A stretch of 64,000 nt of DNA, taken from assembly GCF_009914755.1 (NCBI RefSeq), contig NC_060925.1, one strand, 5' to 3'. The translations under genes were made by a program, and so were the position numbers. The notes beneath the pieces are model-generated. The model made no database searches. It had not been told where the DNA came from and saw only the letters and a program-made list of their open reading frames with translations. Shown here piece by piece: positions 46,101 through 64,000 of the stretch. The stretch is from the human T2T-CHM13v2.0 reference genome, Homo sapiens. The first letter of the stretch is position 1, and every line of letters begins with the position of its first letter.

Positions 46101-47002
46101 ACTAAAATTTATATGGAACCACAGAAGACCTAGAATAGTCAAAGCTATTTTGAGCAAAAAGAACAAAGCTGAAGGAATCCCAGTCCTGACTTGATCTCCT
46201 TATATATTGTGGTTATTAATCCCTTATCAAATGGGTAGCTTGCAAATATTTTCTCCCATTCTCTGAGTTGTTTTTTCACTTTGTTGATTATTTCCTTTGC
46301 TGTGCAGAAGCTTTTTAACTTGATGTGATCCCATTTGTCCATTTTTGCTTTGATTGCCTGTACTTGTGGGGTATTACCCAAGAAATTTTGCCCAGACCAA
46401 TGTCCTGGAGAGTTTCTAAATTTTACTACAAAGCTGTAGTAACCAAAACAGCATAATACTGGCATAAAAAGAGACACATAGACCAATGCAACAAAATAGA
46501 GAATGCAGACACAAATCTACATACCTACAGTGAACTCATTTTTAACAAAGGTGTCAAGAACATACACCAAGGGAAAGACAGTCTCTTCAATAAATGGTAC
46601 TGGGAAAAATAGATATCCATATGCAGAAGAATGAAACTAAACCCCTATCTCTCATCATATACAATAATAAAATCAAAATAAATTAAAGACTTAAATATAA
46701 GACCTCAAACTATGAAACTACTACAAGGAAACTCTCCATGACATTCATCTCAGCAAAATTTCCTGAGTAATACCCTACAAGCACAGGCAATCAAAGCAAA
46801 AATGGACAAATGGGATCACATCAAGTTAAAAAGCTTCAGCACAACAAGGAAATAATCAACAAAGTGAAAAGACAACTCACAGAATGGGAGAAAATATTTG
46901 CAAACTACCCATCAGACAAGAGATTAGTAATCAGAATATATAAGGAACTCAAACAACTCTATAGAGAAAAAAATCTCATAATCCAATAAAAAAATGGGCA
47001 AA

Positions 47003-53074
<6,072 letters not shown>

Positions 53075-53077
53075 TTA

Positions 53078-53462
<385 letters not shown>

Positions 53463-54521
53463 TCAAAAGAGGACATACAACTGACAAACAGGCTTATGAA
53501 AAGGTGCTCAACATCACTGTTCATCAGAGAAATGCAAATCAAAACCGCAATGAGATATCATCTCACTCAAGTTAAATGGCTTATATCCAAAAGACAGGCA
53601 ATAACAAATGCTAATGAGGATGTGGAGAAATGAAAACCCTCTGATGTTGTTGGTGGGAATGTAAATTATTACAACCAGTATGGAGAACAGTTTGGAGGTT
53701 CCTCAAAAAAACAAAAAATAGAACTGCCATATGACCCAGTGATCCCACTGCTGGGCATATACCCCAAAGAAAGTAAGTCACTCACATGTTTGTTGCAGCA
53801 CTGTTCACAACAGCCAAGATTTGGAAGCAACCTAAGTGTTCAACAGATGAATGGATAAAGAAAATGTGATAATTATACACAATGGAGTACTATTTAGCCA
53901 TAAAAAAAATGAAAGCCTGTCATTTGCAACAACATGGATGGAAGTAGAGGTCATTATATTAAGTAAAATAAGCCAGGCACAGAAAGTCAAACATCATATG
54001 TCCTCACTTATGTGTGGGATCTAAAAGTCAAAACAATTTAACTCATGGTGACAGAGAACAGAAGGATGGTTACCAGAGGCTGGGAAGTATATTGGGGGTG
54101 TAGGAGGTAGGTGAGGATGGTTAATGGGCTAAAAAAACAAAAGTTAGAAAAAATGAGTAAGACCTAGTATTTGATAGCACAACAAGGGGACTATAGTCAA
54201 TAGTAATTTAATTGTATATTTTGGAATAACTAAAAGACTATAATTGGATTATTTGTAGCACAAAGGCTAAATGCTTTAGAAATAGATAACCCATTTTCCA
54301 TGATGTGATTATTATGCTTTGCATGCCCATATCAAAACCACTCATGTACCCTACAAATATATACACCTACTATCTACCTACAAAAATTAAAAATAATTAA
54401 AAATTGTTTAAAAATATGAACACAAATATGAATATTACAGACAAACATACACAAACTACAAAGAGCCAAACAATTAAAATATAGTCAACCTCATTATATG
54501 TAAAGATAAAAAAATGTACAA

Positions 54522-54673
54522 CTTTTTTAAATTTTTATTTTATTTTCAGAGGTACAGGTGCAGGTTTGTTATATAGGTAAATTGCATCTAGTGGGTGTTT
54601 GGTGTACAGATTATTTCATTACTCAGGTAATAAGCATTGTACCTCATAGGTAGTTATTCAATCCTCACCCTCC
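54522..54673 (-). mobile_element. Very short L1 3' end (L1PA15/16-like)
   Basis: gtgcaggtttgttatataggtaaattgc...tggtgtacagattatttc; flanked by aaaaatgtacaa / aaaaatgtataa TSD. Confidence 0.75.
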
Positions 54674-55101
54674 AAAAATGTATAAATGTTTAAAGAACAA
54701 GAAATAATATTTTATTTATCAAATTGGTAATGTTTTTTGAGTGATATTCCCGATGTTTGAGTAGATTTAGGGGCGATAGTTACTTATATATTAGTCAAAT
54801 TATGCATTAATACACATTTTTAAGACTAATTTAACATTTCATGACAAAAAAACTCAAAATTCTAAATAATCTTTGGCACAGCAATTTAATATTTAATAAT
54901 GCAGCCTGGTAAAATATATAAGCACATGTAAAACAACTAAAATACAAAAATGTTCATTTCAGCTGAAAAGATGTCAAAAATTTATAAGCAACTACAGTGT
55001 CCAAGAATAGAAGTGTGGTTAATTATATTACACTACATTTTGTATGTTACCACCAAAAGTCCTGTTTTAGAAAAATGAGAAAATTAAAACATATTGACAA
55101 T

Positions 55102-55572
55102 ACAGTTGACCCTTGAACAACACAGATTTGAGCAACCTAGGTCCACCCACAGGCAGATTTTCTTCTGCCCCTGCCACCCAAGAGGAAGCAAGACCAACCT
55201 CTCCTTTTCCTTCTCCTCAGCCCACTCAATATAAAAATGGCAAGGTGGAAGACCTTTATAATGGCCACTTCCACTTAGAAAATAACACAAAGGATAAACG
55301 CTTTAGAGGATGGATACCCCATTTTCCGTGATGTGATTTTCTCTTCCTTGCGGTTTTCTAACTATCATTTTCCTCTCTAGCATACTTTATTGTAAGAATA
55401 CAGTATATAATACAATAGCAACAAAAAAGTTTTGTTATCAGTAATGCTTCTTGCCAGAAAATAGGCTACTAGCCGTTAAGTTTTAGGGGAATCAAAGTTA
55501 TATACAGATTTTTAACTCTGGGGCAGAGATGAGGAGTAACAGGACGGGGTGTCAGCATCTCAACACCTGCAT
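55102..55572 (+). mobile_element. Tigger2a-like TcMar DNA transposon, right end degraded
   Basis: TA followed by TIR cagttgacccttgaacaacac; gcaagaccaacc, tactttattgtaagaatacagtatataatac. Confidence 0.85.
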
Positions 55573-55654
55573 CAAAACCTACATATTGTTGAATTCAATC
55601 CGGTTATAAAATAATCCTATAGTATTATAATACTATCCCAGTTTCCAGAACGTG

Positions 55655-55708
55655 CATGTGTGTGTGTGTCTGTGTGTGTGTGTGTGAGAGAGAGAGAGAA
55701 AGAGAGAG
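55655..55708. repeat. (TG)n(AG)n microsatellite
   Basis: Read directly from the sequence. Confidence 0.9.
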
Positions 55709-56279
55709 GCTATTAACAAAAATGCTAACAACAGCTATTGCTTTTACTAAGGAAGGTTTTCAACTTTGTTCTATTATCTATATTTTCTGCATATAAAGTA
55801 TAACTTTTATAATAAGAGGAAAAAATATATTTAATTCTCACTTATTCAGTCCAAAGGGCTTTAGAAATAACTGTTTATACTTCCCAAATTTGAAGGGAAG
55901 AAAATCTATGTTTCCAAGAAATACAGTTTTATTACTTTAAAAAATGCTTAAATCTCTTTTATTTACTTAAAGACACAATTTTTTCCCACTGTTTATTTCG
56001 ACATGCTTCCTTAAAAATACGACCAATATTTCTAGGACTGAAGTATGAGCTTTGCATACTCAAGCATGACATCTAGGTATGATTTTAAAGAAACCAATTA
56101 TGGGGAAGAGTTTTCAAATTATGATAGATTCCAAATAATTGGATAATGAGCAGATAAATATTTCCTGTGTCACCAAATATCAAGGTATAACACAATAGAT
56201 AAAAACTTGTACAAAGTTTTGTTTTGAATACTTAAGTTCAAATGAAGAATCCGATATTACTGTTTGTAAAATCATACAG

Positions 56280-56635
56280 GTTGTTCATAATCTCTCTGCA
56301 CTTTGGTTTTCTCATCTGGCAAACGGATTAATAATAATACCTCACAAAACTGTTGGAATAATCCAGTGCGATTATTCATGTGAAATCATATTATTCAGAT
56401 GTAAAACATCATAGAGAACATTCATCATTAGTGAGAAATACACATCCATTTAATTCTTTCACTAAATATTATTGACTACCTACAATGTACCTAGAACTAT
56501 TCTAGATTGTTTAGATATATTATTGAATAAAGTAAGGCAGTTTCTGCTCTCATAAAACTTGTATTTCGGTGGGAGGAGACAAATATGAAACAAATATGAA
56601 TTTGAATTGGGATGGTGATAAAAAGTACGATGAGA
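56280..56635. mobile_element. MIR (+, ~56280-56430) followed by an L2 3' end (-, ~56445-56635)
   Basis: ggttttctcatctggcaaacggattaataataatacctcac; aaatatttattgactacctacaatgtac. Confidence 0.6.
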
Positions 56636-56659
56636 AATATAGTTCAATATTAATGAACA

Positions 56660-57890
56660 CAGAAATGCAGAACAATCTTACCTAAGAGGAAAAAAAAGCT
56701 GAACAAAATAATCTTAAAAAGGGCTTGATGAAATTGAAGAACCAGTAAGATATTGTATTTGATACCACTTTTTAAAATGAGGGCTTTAGTCAATTCCAGT
56801 GGAATGCTAAGAGACTGAGCTGTGTTTTTGAAAGCCACACAGGACTACAGGACATGAGTTACAGTCTGGGACCTACCAAGCCAGAGGAATATGCTCTGGT
56901 AACTACCTCTTACTTTTTGAGTTGGTATCTGAAGGGCACGCCTAAGACTGAGAATAAACTGACAGAAGACCACCTTTCAGGGGACTGTGCCTCAGCTTTT
57001 AGGGGACTCAGTCTCTGAATTTAGATTAAGATGATGTTGAATTGCTAATATATCCAGACCCTGGATGAAATAAACATAAATTTCCTTTAAAAAAATGTAA
57101 AAATATCTGACCTCAGATCGTTACTACCAACAATTTTGTAAATACAGTGTTCATGATAAAATCAAAAGTAACCACAGGAAGAAATCAATATTCTAAATAA
57201 AAGTGAACAGAAATAACAGACAAGAGAAACAAGCCAACAGGACATGCCAATATTGGAGTTATCAGATACTGACTTTTAAATAAATATGCTTATCATTTTC
57301 ACAAAAATTAAAATTAATCATTTTAGCATAATCCCAGCACTTTGGGAGGCCAAGGCAGGTGGATCACCTGAGGTCAAGAGTTCAGGACCAGCCTGGCCAA
57401 CATGGTGAAACCCCATCTCTACTAAAAGTACAAAAATTAGCCAGGCGTGACGGTGAGCTCCTGTAATCCCAGCTACTCAGGAGCTGAGGCAGGAGAATCA
57501 CTTGAACTCAGTAGGCGGAGGTTGCAGTGAGCTGAGATCACACCTCTGCACTCTAGCCTGGGCGAGAAGAGTGAAACTCCATCTCAAAAAATAAAAATGG
57601 TTTGAGAGCAGATTAGGCATAGCTAAAGAAAAAAAAAACAATGTGAACTGTAAGACAGGTCAAGAGAAAAATAATTCTAAACTTATACACATCTAAAAAA
57701 AGAATAAAAATATAGAGAGCAAAAATAAGAATATAAAGACTCAAAAGGAACAAAATTACTTGCTTCAGTGAAAATTTGTAAGATATCTCTCTCAGTAATT
57801 AGTAGAAATAGGAAATAAAAGTATCAGCAGAATATAGAATAGTTTATTTTATGTTAACAGAGATTTTTTAGTGTCATATATATATCACAT
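56660..57890 (+). mobile_element. Degraded old L1M 5'/ORF1/endonuclease fragments, host of the ERVL insertion
   Basis: atattggagttatcagatactgactttt; ctctctcagtaattagtaga; L1 resumes after 63180. Confidence 0.55.
57329..57597 (+). mobile_element. AluSx-like SINE, slightly 5'-truncated
   Basis: ggatcacctgaggtca, cctggccaacatggtgaaacccc. Confidence 0.92.
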
Positions 57891-57901
57891 AAAATTACTA
57901 G

Positions 57902-58380
57902 TGTGATGGTTATTTGTCAATTTAATTGGAACAAGAGATACCAGAAATTTGGTTAAATATTACCTTGGGTGTGTCTGTGAGGGTGTTTCTGGATGTGGTT
58001 CACATCTGAATCCATAGACTAAATAAAGCAGATTAGGTTCCCCAATGTGGGTGGGCCACATCCAATCCCTTGGAGATCTTAGTAGAACAAAAGGTGGGGT
58101 AAAGGACAATTCACCCATTCTATGTGACTGTTTTTGGAGCTGGAACATAAGTCTTCTCCTTATTCAGACTGGATCTTACACCATTGTTTTTTGGGGGGTT
58201 TTCAGGCCTTCAGACCTTCAGATTTGTACTGAAACTACACCACTGACTTTCCTGGATCTCCAACTTGCAGACAGCAGAACATGGGACTTCTCAGCCTAAA
58301 TTATTATGTTAGCTAGTTCCTTATAATATATCTCTTCTGATTCTGTTTCTCTAGAAAATCAAGGGTTTTCTGACAAATAT
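57902..58380 (+). mobile_element. MLT2-family 5' LTR of ERVL
   Basis: tgtgatggtta...gggtgtgtctgtgagggtgtttctggatg...aatgtgggtgggc...ttgcagacagcaga...ttctgtttctctaga; followed by PBS-like ttttggtactgaga. Confidence 0.88.
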
Positions 58381-61300
58381 ATATTTTGGTACTGAGACTA
58401 GTTCTGGAGGGACAGAATTTTAAGGATGAGTTTTCTGAATTGGTTCTGAGTTTTCTGAAATTGGCTCTCAGACCTGATTCAATTAAAGTAAGCTAATGGC
58501 TCTGTCTAGTTGACAAGAGAGCACTGACAGTGCATGGAGTAAATTTGTAGGTAATAGACATACATAAATATTCCTAATCAACCACAAAGAACTGAATAAA
58601 TGTGTATCGAACACTTTCAAACATTTTTGGAAAACTAACAAAAATAAGACTGGCTGATTGCTCCTAATGGCCACATTCAATGTGGTGAAAGAAAAGGATG
58701 AGATCAGGGATCTGAATTTCCTGATTAAAGGTGGCATAAATGTCCTAAAGATTTCCATGTACGCCTTGAAGGAGACCCTTATTTCCTATAGCCAAGGGCT
58801 GAGAGTGACCTCTTCACTCCAAGTAGTATCACCCTGTCCACCACAGTCTTAAATGCATTAATCATGCATTTCTTGGAAATACTGTAATGAACTTGCCTGA
58901 GGCAGTTGCCGTGTAAGACAATGTTAATTCTACTCAGAACTCAGCTCCATTACCTGTCTTTGCTGCTAAACCTGTAACTAGATTCAAGTCCCAGTGGACT
59001 CCTAAAGGTGAGGTATAAATGTGAACCATGAGAAAATACACTACATTCCAAAGAAACTGCTGGATTTTTTTAATTTATGCAGATAGAAATCGGGAGCATG
59101 TGTGAGAATGGTTACTAAGGGTGTGTGATAATGATGGAATGAACCTAAAGTTGGATCAGGCCAAAGTTATCGACATGGGCCCACTAAACAGAGAATCTAC
59201 ATTTAATATTGAAGCTTGGGGGAGTTACAAAGGCCTTTATTTGTTTGGTTAGTCGGCTAAAATATGGACCAAAACAAGGCCCACAGTGAATGAATTGAAA
59301 ATGCTGGACCTGCCTTAGTTTAATGTACAAGAGTAGTTTGAAGGATTAGGGATATTGGAAGGTTGAAATGGATTTGTTATTTAAAACCTACTGAGCCACC
59401 TGGGTGTTGTGGCAGGGAGTCCAGAATAAATACCTTTTACCACTACTATGAGAAGTAAATTTGTGAGGAAAGCCCCAGCATCCCTGAAGAGCAACGTGAT
59501 TGGTCTTCTTCATAGGCCAGACCTTACAGTGGGAAACATAGCCACTGAATTGGGAAACCTAAGTACAATGAGATTACTTGGATCTTAGGTGGCAGGGGCC
59601 AAGTGGTGTCACACAATCACTAAAGGCAAGGTGGGCATGGTAACCATGATAGGCAGCAGAGTCAAAGCAACAATCAAAATAGACTCACACAGACCTATGA
59701 CCATTGGCTAATGAATGGTGTTCCTAGAAATGAAACATTTTTACTGATTTGTATAAACAGAAAAGTTATAAGTCAAATGAGCAAAAGTCTAACCTGAATT
59801 ATAAAAACAGAGAGTCATGCATCCTCAGTCAATTCTCAGACTTGAACCAGCTTACCAATCTAGGACCCTTGAATGAAGCAGAGACTAGGTCCCCTTGAGG
59901 AAGGAAACTAGTAAGAATTTATACTGTTAATCTTTCTCCCAGCCTTTCCCAAAAGGATTTATGCCCTTTTACCACGGCAACTGGGCACTACAGAGAAAGA
60001 AACAGCCAGATATTTGGGGAAGTACTATAGACTGTTTCTGACCTGATGCTAATTTCCAAAGATTCAAAATGTACTATGGCCCATTAGTCAGAGTGAGGAC
60101 TTATGGAGAAGCTAAGGTGATTCATGGAGTTTTGGCTTAGGTACATCTTCTTGTGGGCCTGGGCCCAGTGGTTCCTCAATTCATCTTGTGATTATTTCCC
60201 AGTTCTGGAATTTATAATCAGAATATATTTACCCAGAAGCTGGCAGAATCTATACATTGATTTCCTGACTTGTGGAGTGAGGGCTATTATGGTAGAAAGT
60301 GCCAAGTGGAAGCCATTAGGAAATAGTAAACCAAACCAATGCTGCATTCCTGGAAGAATTACAGAAATTAGTGTAATTATTAATGACTTGAAGATTGCAA
60401 GGGTGGTCATTTCCACCAGCTCCCCATTCAACTCACTTATTTAGCCTATGCAGAAGATAAATGGAACCTGGAGAATAACTGTGGATTAGTATAAGTTTAA
60501 CAAGGTGGTGACTACAATTCCAGCTTCTGTATCCAGTGTGGTTTCTTTCCTTAAGCAAATTAACACTCAAGTACTAACTGTAACACATCTATTGATCTGA
60601 CAAATGCGTTTGTCTCCATTTCTATCCATAAGGCTGACCAGAAGCAGTTACCTTTCAACTGGTAAGGCCAGCATACACCTTCACTGTCCTACCTCAGAGG
60701 TATATCAACTTTCCAATGCTGTGTCATAATTTAGTTCTCAGGGATCTTGATTACCTTTCCCTTTCACAAGATAGCACACCGGTCTATTACATCATGGCAT
60801 CATGCCAATTGGACCTAGTGAACAAGAAGTAGCAAGTACCCTAGACTTATTGGTAAAACAGTTGCATATCAGATGGTGATAAATACATCTGACTAAACTT
60901 CAGTGGCCTTATACCTCTGTCAAATTTCCAGGTATCCAATCATGTGGGACATATTAAGGTATCCCTTCCAAGGTGAAGGATAATTTATTGCATCTGGCCT
61001 CTTCTACAAAACAAAAGAGTCAAAATACTTAGTAGACTTTATTTTGGATTTTGGCGGCAACATATTACTCATGTGGGTTTTTTACCCTGGCCCATTTACT
61101 GACTAATCTGAAAAGATGCTCGCTTTGAGTGGGGCTCAGAACAAAAGAAGGCTCTGCCATAAGTCCAGTTTGCTATGTGATCTGCCCTATCACTTGGGCA
61201 TATGATCCAGCAGATCCACTGGTGTTTGAAGTATCAAAGGCAGATAAGGATGACATATGAATTCTTTGGCAGATCTCTATAGTTGAATTGCAGCACAGAC

Positions 61301-63180
61301 CACTAGAATTTTGAAGCAAAGCCCAACCATCCTCCACAGATACTCTCCTTTTGAAAAACAGTATTTGCCTAACACTAGGTCTTAGTAGAGACTGAGTACT
61401 TAACCATGGGCCACCAAGTTACCATGGGACTGGAGCTGCCCATCATGACCTGTGTGTTTTTTGACCCATGAAGTCATAAATTTGGGCAATCACAGAAGCA
61501 CTCCATCATCAAATGGAAGGGGTATATATATGACTGGGCCCAAGCAGGCCCTAACGACACAAATGAATTCCATGAAGAAGTGGTCCAAATGTCCACGTTT
61601 CTCATTCCTGCTACCCTGAGTTTTCTCTCTAAGCCTGCACCTATGGCTTTATGGGGCATTCCCTTAGATCAGACCTGCTTTATAGATATTTCTGCATGAT
61701 ATGCAGGCACTGCTTAAAAGTGGACAGCTGCAGCACTAGAGCCCTTTTCTGACACATCCCTGAAGGATGAAGGTGAAAAATCTTCCCAGTGGCCAGAACT
61801 TTGAGCGGTGCACCTGATTGATCATTTTGTTTGAAAGGAGGAATGGCCAGATGTGCAATTCTCTGCCTATTCCTGGTTGCCAGTAGATTGGCTGGATGAT
61901 CAGGACTTTGAAAGAACATGATTAGAAAATTCGTGAAAAGGAAATTTGGGGAAGAGGTAAGGTGATAGACATTTGTGTTCCATGTGAATGTTCACCAAAG
62001 GATGACCTCAGCAGAAGAGAATTTTAATAATCTAGTGGACAGAATGACCTATTCTGTGAATACCAATCAGCCTCTTTCCCCATCCACTCCTGTCATTGCC
62101 TGATAGGCTTATGACCAAAATAGCAATGGTGGCAAGAATGGAAGTCATTCATGGGCTCAGCAACATCAACTTTCACTCACTAAGGCAAACTTGGCTACAG
62201 CCACTGCTGATTGCCCAATCTTCTAGCAGCAGAGACCAAAACTGAATCTTTGACACGATTCCATTTCCCAGAGTTGCCAGCCAGCTACCTGGTGGCAAGT
62301 TGATTACACTGGACCACTTCCATCATGGAAAAAGGGCAGTATCTTGTTCTTACTAGAATAGATACTTATGCTGAATAAGAATTTGCCTTCTTTGCATGCA
62401 AAACTTCTGCCAAAACTACCATATCTGGACTTACGGAATGCCTTGTCCACTGGCATGATATTCCATACGACATTGCTTCTAATCAAGAAACTCACTTCAC
62501 AGCAAAAGAAGTATAGCAATGGGCCTATGCTCATGAAATTCACACTCCCACCATGTTCCCTAGCATCCTGAAGTAGCTGGTTTGACAAAATCATGGAATG
62601 GCCTTTTGAAGTCTCAATTACAGCACCAGCTAGGTGGCAACAATACTTCGTAGGACTGGGGAAGGGTTCTTCAGAAGCCTCTGTGTGCTCCAAATCAGTG
62701 TTCAAAATATGGTGCTGTTTTTCCCATTGCTAGGATTCATGGGTCCAAAAATCAAGGGGTGAAAATGAGAGTGACATCACTATTTCCCCTAGTAACCCAG
62801 TAGCAATATTTTTGCCTCATGTTTCCGTGTCCTCATGCTTTATTGGCCTAAAAATCTTAGTGCCAACAGCAAGAAAACTTCCACCAGGAAAAACAACAAT
62901 AATTCATTGAACTAAAAGTTAAGACTAATGCTTGGACACTGGACTTCTCATGCTTCTGAATCAACAGGCATAAAAAAGAGTTACTATGCTGGCTGGGGTC
63001 ATTCATCCTAACTATCCTAACTACCAAGGGGAAATTGGACAGGTACTCCACAGTGCAAGTAAGAAGAGTATGTCTGGAATACAGAAGACCCCTTTTGGCT
63101 AGATTACTATTGCCATACCCTCGGTTAAGGTCAATGAAAAACTACAACTTAATTGCCATTAGTAGACCAAGCAGGACTGG
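58381..63180 (+). mobile_element. ERVL (HERV-L/ERVL-B4-like) internal gag-pro-pol-dUTPase remnant; no env, 3' LTR absent
   Basis: Integrase motifs WWQVDYTGPLP (~62290) and IPYDIASNQETHFTA (~62460); RT region ~60430-61000; all frames broken. Confidence 0.9.
62840..63125 (+). pseudogene. Retroviral dUTPase remnant downstream of integrase, as is typical of ERVL
   Basis: LLMLLNQQA*KRVTMLAGVIHPNY..QGEIG..EEYVWNT, matching the dUTPase motif-3 pattern AGVIDPDYQGEI. Confidence 0.75.
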
Positions 63181-64000
63181 TACAATTATCAAACTTTGAA
63201 TATTATTTATAGAACACCATTCCAAATAACTGCAACATAAACATTTTCTGAAGCAAACAATATTTATAAAAGTTGATCATTTGCTGGACCATGACCTAAG
63301 TCTCTATGAATTTTAAAGATTGAAATCATATAGAGTATATTCTCTGACCATAGTGAAATAAGTTAGAAGTTCTTAAAAAATAGAAAAAAAGTTTCCAAAT
63401 ATATGGAATTTATGAAACATGCTTGAAAATAACCTATGTGTCAGAAAGAAAATAACAAGAAAATTAAAAAATACTTTAACTTAATGGTAACATAAATCAT
63501 ACAAGTTGAATATTTTGAGATGCAAATAAAATCATCTTACAGGAAATTTCTCTTTCTATAAATTTATGTTAGAAAAAAGAGACTAAAAATTAAGAAATTA
63601 TGTATCTATCTCAAGACATAGAAAATTAACAGCAGAATGACCAAAATAAAATAGAGGGAACAAGAAAATAGAAATTAAAATAAATATATGATAGAGAAGA
63701 TTAACAAAACAAAACTTATTTTTTTGAAAAAATAAATACAATTGACAAACTCTTGATAAGACTGATCAAAGAAGAGGAGATACACATGATCAATAATGGA
63801 ATAAAAGTTTTTAAAAATACAAGTTAGTATGAAAAGAAGCAAATACATTTGAAGTTTAGATAAAATGAAAATATTTATTGTTAAAAAGTAAAATTTACAA
63901 AACTTACCTAAAAACAGAAACTCTGAATAATCCTGAAGCTACTAATGAAATTAAATTCATCATATAAAACCTTTGCCAAAGAAACCTATAATCCAAATGA
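63180..64000 (+). mobile_element. Old L1M ORF2 remnant, runs off the window end
   Basis: attctctgaccatagtgaaataagttagaa (SDH motif region); attgacaaactctt..aagactgatcaa. Confidence 0.75.

Overview
This is eukaryotic DNA from a primate (human or ape-like): it carries AluY/S/J, L1PA6/7/8, L1MA2, MST/MLT and ERVL repeats. The window is AT-rich, mostly transposon-derived and intergenic or intronic. I found no credible host coding exon, RNA gene, CRISPR array or operon-like system. The long ORFs in the track are broken LINE-1 ORF1/ORF2 pieces, and the short ones are chance ORFs. Main elements: a degraded ERVL-class provirus end with an LTR16-type LTR (1-3113); a near full-length L1PA6-like element with a 17-bp target-site duplication (TSD) (18272-23812); an antisense L1PA8-like 3' piece; an L1MA2-like element (42735-54410) interrupted by an L1PA7-like element with an intact 5' end; and an MLT2/ERVL provirus lacking its 3' LTR (57902-63180). 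The best observations concern genome mechanics, not a new gene system. (1) The L1PA7 TSD also encloses ~1.1 kb of foreign sequence, an apparent ancient 3' transduction polyadenylated at an Alu tail. (2) Two L1s ~28.5 kb apart share non-consensus ORF2 variants, suggesting patchy ectopic gene conversion. (3) Three locally templated insertions or duplications lie within ~9 kb. (4) Two repeat-poor islands have enhancer-like motif clusters. Subfamily names come from recalled consensus sequences, not a database search, and old-repeat boundaries are approximate.
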